Positions 9,133 to 17,345 of a stretch of 35,288 bases of DNA are shown here, in pieces. The notes beneath the pieces were generated by a model. That model worked only from the letters and a program-made list of their open reading frames with translations. It did not search any database and was not told the DNA's origin. Both the position numbers and the translations under genes were made by a program. Position 1 is the first letter of the stretch. Each line of letters opens with the position of its first letter. The stretch comes from Deltaproteobacteria bacterium (lineage in GTDB: Bacteria; Desulfobacterota; Desulfobacteria; Desulfobacterales; BuS5): NCBI GenBank assembly GCA_021157555.1, contig JAGGWL010000357.1, positions 1 to 35,288 of the forward strand, written 5' to 3'.

Positions 9133-10185
9133 TTATTTTTTTATGTTCTCAGGCCTTAATGAGCGAACTGCTGCTCCTGCCAGCCACATCTCGGAATTTT
9201 TTATCTTGTTTAATTCTGCTGTAAGTTTTTTCTGATAATCAGGAGCGCTGTTTACTTCCAGAACCCGTTCTGTTTCTTTACCAGTTTTAACCCGGTCGTA
9301 TAAATCTTCAAAAACAGGAGTAACCGCATCCCTGAATTTCGGCGCCCAGTCCAATGCGCCCCTCTGTGCTGTAGCGCTGCAATTTGAAAACATCCAGTCC
9401 ATGCCATTTTCACCGACCAGTCTTATGAGGCTTTGGGTCAGTTCTTCGACGGTTTCATTAAATGCTTCACTGGGGGAGTGCCCGTTTTTTCTTAATATAT
9501 TATATTGGGCTTCCATGGTGCCAGCCAGGCAGCCCATAAGAACGCCGCGTTCGCCGGTCAAATCGCTGTACACCTCATTTTCAAAAGTAGTTGGAAAAAG
9601 ATATCCTGATCCTATGGCTATTCCCAGGGCAAGGGTTCTTTCTTTGGCTCTCCCTGTATAATCCTGAAAAACCGCATAGCTTGAATTAATACCGCTGCCA
9701 TCAAGAAAATTTCTGCGTACATTAGTGCCTGAACCTTTTGGAGCCACCAGAATAACATCAATATTGCCAGGAGGTACAATTTTGGTTTGATCTTTATAAA
9801 CAATTGAAAACCCATGTGAAAAATATAAGGCATCGCCTTCATTAAGGCATTTTTTTACTATAGGCCAGGTGGCAGTCTGACCAGCATCGGAAAGGAGTTC
9901 TTTAATAATTGTCCCCTGTTTTGCAGCTTCTTCAAGAGGAAAAAGAGTTTTACCTGGAACAAAACCATCTTTAATCGCTTTCTCCCAGTAAGAGTCTCCT
10001 TCAAGCTGTCCTATGATAACGTTAAAGCCGTTATCCTTGAGATTCAAAGCCTGCGCAGGACCCTGAACCCCGTATCCAAGCACAACTATGGTCTCATCTT
10101 TAAGCACTTCTCTGGCTTTATCCAGGGAAAACTCTTCCCTGGTAACAACATCTTCTACTACTCCTCCAAAGTCTATCTTACCCAT
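9133..10185 (-). CDS. ilvC: Ketol-acid reductoisomerase
   Basis: LGYGVQGPAQALNLKD, FSHGF, VAPKGSG, SDLTGERGVLMG; start ATG 10185 behind AAGGAG RBS. Confidence 0.96.
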   Translation of the reverse strand: MGKIDFGGVVEDVVTREEFSLDKAREVLKDETIVVLGYGVQGPAQALNLKDNGFNVIIGQLEGDSYWEKAIKDGFVPGKTLFPLEEAAKQGTIIKELLSDAGQTATWPIVKKCLNEGDALYFSHGFSIVYKDQTKIVPPGNIDVILVAPKGSGTNVRRNFLDGSGINSSYAVFQDYTGRAKERTLALGIAIGSGYLFPTTFENEVYSDLTGERGVLMGCLAGTMEAQYNILRKNGHSPSEAFNETVEELTQSLIRLVGENGMDWMFSNCSATAQRGALDWAPKFRDAVTPVFEDLYDRVKTGKETERVLEVNSAPDYQKKLTAELNKIKNSEMWLAGAAVRSLRPENIKK

Positions 10186-10204
10186 TTTATTCTCCTTATT
10201 TTTT

Positions 10205-10702
10205 CTATTTTTTTGTATATTGATCACGCAGCAGCGCAATAATACCGGTTTTGACTATCTCCTTAATGCCTATGGGCTTAAGAAGTTTTAAAATAGCATC
10301 GATTTTACTCTGATCTCCGGTTGTTTCTATAATATAATGTTCTATTCCCACATCAACAACTTTACACCTGAATATATCCACCATTCTTAAAATTTCAGCG
10401 CGATGTTCCGATTTTGCCGTTACCTTGATCAAAACCATCTCCCGCTGAACATATTCCGCACCTGTAAAATCATTTACCTTGATCACATTGATCAGTTTGT
10501 TAAGCTGTTTCTCTATCTGTTCTATAACAGGCGCATCGGCTTTCGTAACAAGAGTAATACGGGAAACCAGAGGATCCATGGTTTCGGCAACAGCCAGACT
10601 TTCAATATTGTATCCCCTGCCGCTGAAAAGGCCTACTATTCTTGAAAGTACGCCCGGCTTGTTATCAACCAGAATTGAGAGAACATGTTTTTCTATTGTC
10701 AT
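10205..10702 (-). CDS. ilvN: Acetolactate synthase small (regulatory) subunit
   Basis: NKPGVLSRIVGLFSGRGYNIESL ACT domain, KQLNKLINV. Confidence 0.96.
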   Translation of the reverse strand: MTIEKHVLSILVDNKPGVLSRIVGLFSGRGYNIESLAVAETMDPLVSRITLVTKADAPVIEQIEKQLNKLINVIKVNDFTGAEYVQREMVLIKVTAKSEHRAEILRMVDIFRCKVVDVGIEHYIIETTGDQSKIDAILKLLKPIGIKEIVKTGIIALLRDQYTKK

Positions 10703-10722
10703 GATAACATCCCTTTCTATTA

Positions 10723-10863
10723 GTGCCCGAACGAAAACTATAAAATTTTTTCAAGTTCAAGGAAGGAAAAAAAATTAACCACAGGAATACATTAAGTATT
10801 TTGAGGATTAAATTTTTTTCCTGACGCAGAAATTGGAAAAATTAGCAGTTTTCGTTCAGGCAC
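10723..10863. mobile_element. 141-bp MITE-like element (GTGCC ends)
   Basis: 17-bp TIR GTGCCCGAACGAAAACT / AGTTTTCGTTCAGGCAC (16/17), TA on both flanks, internal long hairpin. Confidence 0.82.
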
Positions 10864-10866
10864 TAT

Positions 10867-12552
10867 CTATACTAAAAGCATTTCTGTTATGGAAGCGCCT
10901 GCAGGAACCATAGGATAAACAGACTCTTCCCTTTCCACAACAAACTCCATTATAACTGTCTTTTTGGAAGAAAGGCCTTCTGACAGCACACGCTCAACAT
11001 CTTCCGGTTTTGAGGCTCTTAAACCTACTGCTCCATAAGCTTCTGCAAGCTTGACAAAATCCGGGGCATGCTCCATGCCGGTGCTTGAATAACGTTTATC
11101 GTAAAATAATTCCTGCCACTGTCTCACCATGCCAAGATACTGGTTGTTCAGAATAACAATATTTATCGGAAGATTATATTGAACAGCAGTTGCCAGTTCC
11201 TGACTGTTCATCTGAATACTGCCATCGCCGGCTATATCGACAACAATCTTATTCGGGCATGCGACCTGGGCACCGATAGCCGCAGGCAGTCCGAATCCCA
11301 TACATCCCAGGCCGCCTGAGGTAATAAAATGGTTAGGCTCATCAAAATGATAATACTGGGCTGCCCACATCTGGTTTTGCCCCACTTCCGTAGTTATAAT
11401 GGCCTTTCCCTTGGTTAATTCATAAAGCTTGTCAACTACATATTGAGGTTTGATAATATCAGTTTGAGTGTAAGATAACGGCATGGTGTTCATCCACTCA
11501 TTAATTTTATCGAACCACTTCTTGCGCTTCTGACTTATATCACCGAAATCTTCATTTTTTATCAAATTATTAAGATGATTCAGTGTGATTTTGCAATCTC
11601 CAACAACAGGCACCGAAACCGAAATATTCTTCTGAATAGATGTGGGATCAATATCTATATGAACAATTTCCGCATTTGAGGCGAATGTATCTGTTCTTCC
11701 CGCGACACGATCATCGAAACGGACACCTACGGCAATCAGTAGATCGCATTCTCCTATGGCCATGTTGGACCTGTATGTGCCATGCATACCGACCATCCCC
11801 AACCACAAAGGATCAGATGCAGGAAATCCCCCCAGCCCCATTAAAGAGGCAGTTACGGGTATCAGGGTTTTACGCGCAAATTCAGTTAGTTCTTCATGCG
11901 CTTTGGAAAGGATAATGCCGCCGCCTGCAAAAATAACAGGTTTTTTGGCCTTTTTAAGCAGTTTTACAACCTTGTTGAGTTGTTTAATGTTCGGATTGTA
12001 AGTTGGATTGTAAGATCTTAGCCTTACTTTTTTAGGTGATATATATTCAGCGAGTTCATTAACAATATCCTTTGGTATATCAATCAACACCGGTCCGGGA
12101 CGACCTGAACCTGCTATATAAAAAGCTTCTTTAATGGTTTTTGCAAGATCCTCTATATTTTTGACAAGATAATTATGTTTTGTGCAAGGTCTGGTTATTC
12201 CAACTATATCGACTTCCTGGAAAGCATCATTTCCAATAAGTTTAGTGGGGACCTGGCCTGTTATAATAACTATTGGAATTGAATCCATATATGCTGATGC
12301 TATGCCGGTAACAGTATTGGTGGCACCGGGTCCTGATGTTACCAGGCAAACTCCGATTTTGCCGGCCGCTCTTGCATATCCGTCAGCAGCATGAACAGCT
12401 CCCTGCTCGTGGCGCACAAGAATATGACGCATTTCCGTTCTGGCAAGTTCATCATATATATCCAGTACTGCTCCGCCGGGATATCCAAAAATTGTATCAA
12501 CGCCCTCTTCTTTGAGAGCCCTCATAAGGATCTGCGCACCTGTAAGTTTCAT
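10867..12552 (-). CDS. ilvB: Acetolactate synthase large subunit
   Basis: FGYPGGA, RHEQGA, TSGPGATN, GDGSIQMN TPP motif; start MKLTGAQ at 12552 (the ORF-track extension runs into the MITE). Confidence 0.97.
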   Translation of the reverse strand: MKLTGAQILMRALKEEGVDTIFGYPGGAVLDIYDELARTEMRHILVRHEQGAVHAADGYARAAGKIGVCLVTSGPGATNTVTGIASAYMDSIPIVIITGQVPTKLIGNDAFQEVDIVGITRPCTKHNYLVKNIEDLAKTIKEAFYIAGSGRPGPVLIDIPKDIVNELAEYISPKKVRLRSYNPTYNPNIKQLNKVVKLLKKAKKPVIFAGGGIILSKAHEELTEFARKTLIPVTASLMGLGGFPASDPLWLGMVGMHGTYRSNMAIGECDLLIAVGVRFDDRVAGRTDTFASNAEIVHIDIDPTSIQKNISVSVPVVGDCKITLNHLNNLIKNEDFGDISQKRKKWFDKINEWMNTMPLSYTQTDIIKPQYVVDKLYELTKGKAIITTEVGQNQMWAAQYYHFDEPNHFITSGGLGCMGFGLPAAIGAQVACPNKIVVDIAGDGSIQMNSQELATAVQYNLPINIVILNNQYLGMVRQWQELFYDKRYSSTGMEHAPDFVKLAEAYGAVGLRASKPEDVERVLSEGLSSKKTVIMEFVVEREESVYPMVPAGASITEMLLV

Positions 12553-12584
12553 AGGTTTTCCTTCCATAAAATTAATTACAAACT

Positions 12585-12740
12585 GAGACCTTTGCAAAAT
12601 GTTCAATTTCGTTCGAGTTCAAGAAAGGCGAAAATTTTAACCGCAGGAATACATTGAGTATTTTGAGGATTAAAACCCTTTTTAAGATCAGGTTGCCTGA
12701 CGCCAAAATCGGGCAAAAGGGGGCGTTTTGCAAAGGTCTC
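12585..12740. mobile_element. 156-bp MITE (GAGACC ends) with 5-bp target duplication
   Basis: Perfect 15-bp TIR GAGACCTTTGCAAAA; AAACT direct repeat at 12580-12584 and 12741-12745. Confidence 0.88.
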
Positions 12741-12743
12741 AAA

Positions 12744-14408
12744 CTATTGAACAATCGCTCCCTTACTGGCAGATGAAACCATCCGTGCATATCTTGCCAT
12801 ATATCCCTCTTTTATCTTGGGTTCAGGAGCAGACCAGGCTGAAAGTCTTTTTTTAATTTCCTCTTCAGAAACCTTTAAAGTAATCTTTTTTTCCGGAATA
12901 TCAATAGCAATAATATCTCCTTCCTCAACAATTGCAACAGGTCCCCCCTGCATAGCTTCGGGTGAAATATGCCCTATTGATGCTCCTTTGGTTCCTCCTG
13001 AAAAACGCCCGTCCGTTAGGAGTGCCACATGCGCGTCAAGCTTCATTCCCGCAATTGAAGATGTCGGTGTCAGCATTTCACGCATGCCAGGCCCGCCCAT
13101 CGGCCCTTCGTACCGGATTAAAATAACATCACCTTTTTTTATCCTGCCATTCATTATGGCATCTGTAGCATCCTCTTCCGATTCATATACCCGTGCAGGG
13201 CCTTCATGACGTAACATTTCATCAAGTACTGCGGATTGTTTTACAACGCATCCATCAGGGGCAAGATTGCCGAATAAAACGGCGAGTCCGCCTTCCTTAT
13301 GATATGGATTATCAATCGGCCTGATAATATTTTCATCTTTAATAAATTGCTCTTTAATATTTTCACCTACGGTCTTTCCTGTGACGGTTATAGCTTGCTC
13401 ATTAATCAAACCTGTTTTTGCAATTTCCTTTATAACAGCCTGAATGCCTCCGGCAAGGTTCAGATCCTCCATGTGATGTATTCCACCCGGGCTTAATGAA
13501 CAAATATGGGGCACTTGTGCGCTGATTTCATTGATCATGTCAAGATTTATGTTTATATTCGCTTCTTTGGCAATTGCCGGTAAATGAAGAATAGTATTTG
13601 TTGAGCATCCCAGCGCCATATCTACAACCAGGGCATTTTTAAAAGCCTCTTTGGTCATAATCTGCCTAGCGGTTATATTTTTTTCAAAAAGGCTTACAAT
13701 TTTCATCCCCGCCTCTTTTGCCAAACGGACCCTGGCAGACATGACAGCCGGGATAGTGCCGTTGCCAGGCAAGCCCATCCCTATTACTTCAGTCAGGCAG
13801 TTCATGGAATTGGCCGTAAACATACCGGCGCATGATCCGCATGTGGGACAAGCTGAATTTTCAATTTCATTTAAGCGCTCTTTGCTCATATTACCAGACT
13901 GAACAGCACCAACCGCTTCGAAAACAGTCACCAGATCTATTGCCCCTGAACCATCCGGATCTTTACCGGCCAGCATGGGGCCTCCGCTGATAAAAATTGT
14001 AGGGATATCAAGGCGGGCCGCCGCCATGAGCATGCCCGGCACAATTTTATCGCAATTTGTCACCATCACTATGGCATCCAATGCATGGGCTATTCCCATT
14101 ACTTCAACGGAATCTGCGATAAGCTCCCTGCTTGCCAGAGAATATTTCATCCCGATGTGATTCATGGCAATACCGTCACAAACACCAATGACGCCGAATT
14201 CACAAGGCGTACCACCGGCCATGTAAATACCGGCCTTTACCGCCTCTGCGATTCTGTTCAAATGAACATGGCCTGGAATCAGGGTGTTGGCTGAATTAGC
14301 AATCCCTATAAGTGGTCTTTGAAGCTCTTCATCAGTATAGCCGATAGCCTTGAAAAGACTGCGATGAGGTGCTCTTTCAATACCTTTTTTAACATTGTCA
14401 CTTTTCAT
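12744..14408 (-). CDS. ilvD: Dihydroxy-acid dehydratase
   Basis: [51 protein letters not shown]; ATG 14408 behind GGAG. Confidence 0.97.
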   Translation of the reverse strand: MKSDNVKKGIERAPHRSLFKAIGYTDEELQRPLIGIANSANTLIPGHVHLNRIAEAVKAGIYMAGGTPCEFGVIGVCDGIAMNHIGMKYSLASRELIADSVEVMGIAHALDAIVMVTNCDKIVPGMLMAAARLDIPTIFISGGPMLAGKDPDGSGAIDLVTVFEAVGAVQSGNMSKERLNEIENSACPTCGSCAGMFTANSMNCLTEVIGMGLPGNGTIPAVMSARVRLAKEAGMKIVSLFEKNITARQIMTKEAFKNALVVDMALGCSTNTILHLPAIAKEANININLDMINEISAQVPHICSLSPGGIHHMEDLNLAGGIQAVIKEIAKTGLINEQAITVTGKTVGENIKEQFIKDENIIRPIDNPYHKEGGLAVLFGNLAPDGCVVKQSAVLDEMLRHEGPARVYESEEDATDAIMNGRIKKGDVILIRYEGPMGGPGMREMLTPTSSIAGMKLDAHVALLTDGRFSGGTKGASIGHISPEAMQGGPVAIVEEGDIIAIDIPEKKITLKVSEEEIKKRLSAWSAPEPKIKEGYMARYARMVSSASKGAIVQ

Positions 14409-14422
14409 TATTTTCAATCTCC

Positions 14423-14466
14423 AAAAAAAAATCCGTTATCAGTTTTGTACGCTGATAACGGATTTT
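14423..14466 (-). terminator. Attenuator terminator of the ilv operon
   Basis: Minus strand AAAATCCGTTATCAG-loop-CTGATAACGGA followed by T9, directly before the ilvD RBS. Confidence 0.88.
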
Positions 14467-14494
14467 ATAAATTAGATATAAAATTAAGTCATCA

Positions 14495-14575
14495 TCAGCC
14501 ATCATCCTGCAGGCAGACAAGAATCTCCACCAATAGAGATAGAAGACTAATAATAATGACTAAAGATATATTCAT
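14495..14575 (-). CDS. Ile/Leu/Val leader peptide MNISLVIIISLLSLLVEILVCLQDDG
   Basis: Hand-translated 26-aa ORF; 15 of 26 codons are Ile/Leu/Val; lies upstream of the terminator and ilvD. Confidence 0.85.
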   Translation of the reverse strand: MNISLVIIISLLSLLVEILVCLQDDG

Positions 14576-14654
14576 TGGTAAGCTTTTTTAAAAGTTGTTT
14601 TCTGAAGCAGACTATTCATTTTATAAATAGCCTCCATTTACAATAGCTGAACTT

Positions 14655-14683
14655 TTTCTAACAACCATAAAAAGCATTGTCAA
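14655..14683 (-). promoter_or_regulatory. Candidate sigma70 promoter of the ilv leader
   Basis: TTGACA-N17-TAGAAA with TGn extension on the minus strand. Confidence 0.5.
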
Positions 14684-14894
14684 ACTGTTTTTTTAATTTT
14701 TTTTATCCTTCATTTCCTGTTTTACACTTTTTCTATGTTGGTTCTCGCCTGGTTTCCAGCAATTCCCCTTTTTATCTCTAAAAATAATTTAAAAAATCAG
14801 GGAGGACACTTATGGCCTAAAGTTATTTTATTTATCGCCGATAATAGAATTAAGAAACTGAAACGAAATAATTTCGCGGCATTTTTAATTCTTA

Positions 14895-15074
14895 GGAACG
14901 GGGACGAAATAACTTCCACAAGTAAGCGCACAGATTTAGGTCAGGTTTGTTCGATCTGAAAGTACAAAAGTTGCAGGAATAGCGAGCTATTTCAAGATTT
15001 TTGTGCTTTCATATCGGGCAAAGATGCTCTGAAGCTGTGGTACATAGTTAGGGAATTTGTTTCGTCCTCGTTCC
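14895..15074. mobile_element. 180-bp MITE, GGAACG-end family, full-length hairpin
   Basis: GGAACGGGGACGAAATAACTTCC / GGAATTTGTTTCGTCCTCGTTCC TIR; TTA duplicated at 14892-14894 and 15075-15077. Confidence 0.87.
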
Positions 15075-15087
15075 TTAAAGGCATTAT

Positions 15088-16176
15088 ATGATATTATCAA
15101 GCTATTTGCCAAAACAAAGATTACTTGTTGTGACTGCTTTCTTAATCTTCTTCACTTTTGTCATTTTTCCCAATTACTCAATCTCCGGTTACCAACCGGA
15201 CTATTCCCGCCTGGTTGAACTTATAAGATTGCAGGATATTGAAAAGCCTTTTTACGTTTTTAACAATTTTGTAGATGAACCGGAACCGGAATGTTTAAAG
15301 GCAACTTTAAAATATTTAACAGAGCACCAAACTTTTATAGATAAACTCAGAGCAGATTTACACAGTCCTACCCTGCGATGGGAAATCAAAAAAATGGAAC
15401 ACAGGTTGCTCTTTGTTCCTGAAACACGAAAAGAATTTGTAAAATTATACGAAAGCTACTGCCATGATGTGCTGAATTTTATTTTTAAAAAAACAAACCT
15501 GAAGAATCCATATAAAAATATTTTAACACTTGACCATGAAGTGGGGTCTTTGTTTGATAATAATCTTGATCCTGATGGTATAACAGCATGCCTGGTTCAT
15601 AATCTTGCCAAGGAATATAATGCGTCTTGTGTTTTTTACAGCCAGGGAAGCAGCCAGGTAAAAGTAAAAATAAAAGGCCGGATTATAACCGGTGAAGTCG
15701 GTTCTTATACAAGCGATATCTTTTTGCACGATGACGGCTCTGTTGAATTTATAAGGAATAATTATACTATATGGCAAAATAGCGCCGAGAATCCTTATAC
15801 AGCCTTAATGGTGCCGGTTGAGGAAACCTTACATATCTTGCTGCGTGAGTCTACTGAAAATATGATTAAAAAAGAAATATTATTAAATTCTATTACAAAT
15901 ATTGATGATGTAATCCCTGTAGCGGACGGCTGGCTTGCCATTGAAGAGGCTGTGGTCGGAGGGATCGTTAACGAGTTGCTGCCCTCTTTTTTAGAAAGGC
16001 ATATTACTAATCTGCCTTCTTCTTTCATTGATGAGGATCTGCAATTAAAAAACAGATTCAAAAAATACAAATATTTACAAAAAGGTATCTGTGTCGTGGA
16101 AAGGATCGGATACGTGGAGGCCATAAATATATACCGAAATAATACGATGGCCTTTAAAAAGATGATGGTTTATTGA
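15088..16176 (+). CDS. Hypothetical exported or membrane-anchored protein
   Basis: 362-aa ORF with N-terminal hydrophobic segment, followed by a terminator; no family recognised. Confidence 0.8.
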   Translation: MILSSYLPKQRLLVVTAFLIFFTFVIFPNYSISGYQPDYSRLVELIRLQDIEKPFYVFNNFVDEPEPECLKATLKYLTEHQTFIDKLRADLHSPTLRWEIKKMEHRLLFVPETRKEFVKLYESYCHDVLNFIFKKTNLKNPYKNILTLDHEVGSLFDNNLDPDGITACLVHNLAKEYNASCVFYSQGSSQVKVKIKGRIITGEVGSYTSDIFLHDDGSVEFIRNNYTIWQNSAENPYTALMVPVEETLHILLRESTENMIKKEILLNSITNIDDVIPVADGWLAIEEAVVGGIVNELLPSFLERHITNLPSSFIDEDLQLKNRFKKYKYLQKGICVVERIGYVEAINIYRNNTMAFKKMMVY

Positions 16177-16180
16177 AAAC

Positions 16181-16217
16181 TTTTAAAAAAAGAGGGCAAA
16201 GCCCTCTTTTTTTAAAA
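16181..16217. terminator. Bidirectional intrinsic terminator
   Basis: Perfect 17-bp inverted repeat TTTTAAAAAAAGAGGGC-AAA-GCCCTCTTTTTTTAAAA between convergent genes. Confidence 0.88.
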
Positions 16218-16225
16218 TGTTTATT

Positions 16226-16510
16226 TTATTTTTTTTCCTCAATCAATTCATAAGAGGTTATTTTGATAGTCTTTTTTCCGTCAGCTTCTAAAACTGTTCC
16301 TTTAACCTGAGCTTTTTTCCCGACGAATTCGATGATATCTTCACCTTGCTTATTCTGTTTGATGAGGAATGCCTGACCATCGTTATCAACAATTTGATTG
16401 TCTGCAGTTATTGTTCCTACAATAATAGATTCTTCAGCGGCAATAGCGAAAGTAGATAGACAAGCAATCATTGCCAGACAAATTAATCCCGAAAGAACTC
16501 GTTTCATCAT
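16226..16510 (-). CDS. Small secreted protein, possible OB-fold-like beta barrel (copy 2)
   Basis: Signal peptide ending AIA-AE, AAGGAG RBS, GKKAQVKGTV motif; close paralog of 16688-16972. Confidence 0.85.
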   Translation of the reverse strand: MMKRVLSGLICLAMIACLSTFAIAAEESIIVGTITADNQIVDNDGQAFLIKQNKQGEDIIEFVGKKAQVKGTVLEADGKKTIKITSYELIEEKK

Positions 16511-16643
16511 TTTTTTCTCCTTTGCTAATTTTTTTTACAAAACTCCATTTGAGCTTTGCGGTTAATTTAACTTCATATAATTTATAAAATAGCGTTAAAC
16601 GCTATCTCATTTTCATGTTTTGTTTTATCGTTCATGTTAAGGG

Positions 16644-16678
16644 TTTTAAAAAAGAGGGCATAACCCTCTTTTTTAAAA
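16644..16678 (-). terminator. Intrinsic terminator (duplicated with the gene)
   Basis: TTTTAAAAAAGAGGG-CATAA-CCCTCTTTTTTAAAA. Confidence 0.82.
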
Positions 16679-16687
16679 GCGTATGCT

Positions 16688-16972
16688 TTATTTTTTTTCT
16701 TCAATCAATTCATAAGAGCTTAGTTCGATAGTCTTCTGTCCATCAGCTTCTAAAACTGTCCCTTTAACCTGAGCTTTTTGCCCGACGAATGCAATGATCT
16801 CTTCACCTTGCTTATTCAGTTTAATGAGGAAAGCCTGACCATCGTTATTAACAATTTGGTTGTCCGCTGTTATCGTCCCTACAACAATAGAATCTTCAGC
16901 CGCAATCGCGAATGTAGAAAGACAAGCAATCATTGCCAGGCAAATTAATCCCGAAAGAACTCGTTTCATCAT
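16688..16972 (-). CDS. Small secreted protein, possible OB-fold-like beta barrel (copy 1)
   Basis: Same 94-aa length, signal peptide and RBS as copy 2 when started at ATG 16972. Confidence 0.85.
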   Translation of the reverse strand: MMKRVLSGLICLAMIACLSTFAIAAEDSIVVGTITADNQIVNNDGQAFLIKLNKQGEEIIAFVGQKAQVKGTVLEADGQKTIELSSYELIEEKK

Positions 16973-17040
16973 TTTTTTCTCCTTTGCTAATTTTTTTTTA
17001 CAAAACTCCATTTGAGCTTTGCGTTTCATTTAACTCCATA

Positions 17041-17056
17041 CGCAATAGCTATGCCA
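17041..17056 (-). promoter_or_regulatory. Sigma54 (-24/-12) promoter
   Basis: Minus strand TGGCATAGCTATTGCG = GG-N10-GC, about 70 nt upstream of ATG 16972. Confidence 0.72.
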
Positions 17057-17317
17057 TTGGCTCTATGAATTTTATCTTATTGATTTTACTGGTATTTTTT
17101 TAATAAGATATGCCTATCTGTTATTTTTATGTATAGAGAAACCTACACATGGAAATTAACCTTACATAGCAATGCTCTTAACTACTTGTTGTTATAAGTT
17201 TATTACTATGACTGTTTTTTACTTCATATAACCAGCATGCCCTGTCGGGCACAACAAAACATGAAAGATATTTTTACCTTTTTATAGGGCAGTATTGGTT
17301 GTGTGTACAATTTAATC

Positions 17318-17345
17318 GTAGAGACAAGGCATGTCTTGTCTCTAC
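17318..17345. repeat. REP-like palindrome
   Basis: GTAGAGACAAGGCATGTCTTGTCTCTAC: GTAG tetranucleotide plus 28-bp palindrome with one mismatch. Confidence 0.7.

Noticed and set aside
10757-10810. Multiple ANGGA motifs in the MITE core as CsrA-binding sites
   Set aside because: The motifs mostly fall in predicted stems rather than loops, and short motifs are expected by chance; not supportable from sequence alone.
12572-12790. 72-aa minus-strand ORF and the N-terminal extension of ilvB to 12606
   Set aside because: Both read through the MITE; the RBS-supported ilvB start is 12552.
14319-14591. 90-aa plus-strand ORF
   Set aside because: Antisense to the ilvD start, attenuator and leader peptide.
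9025-15074. Long imperfect hairpins as integron attC sites
   Set aside because: They lack RYYYAAC/GTTRRRY ends, flank core ilv genes, several have target duplications, and no integrase is present.
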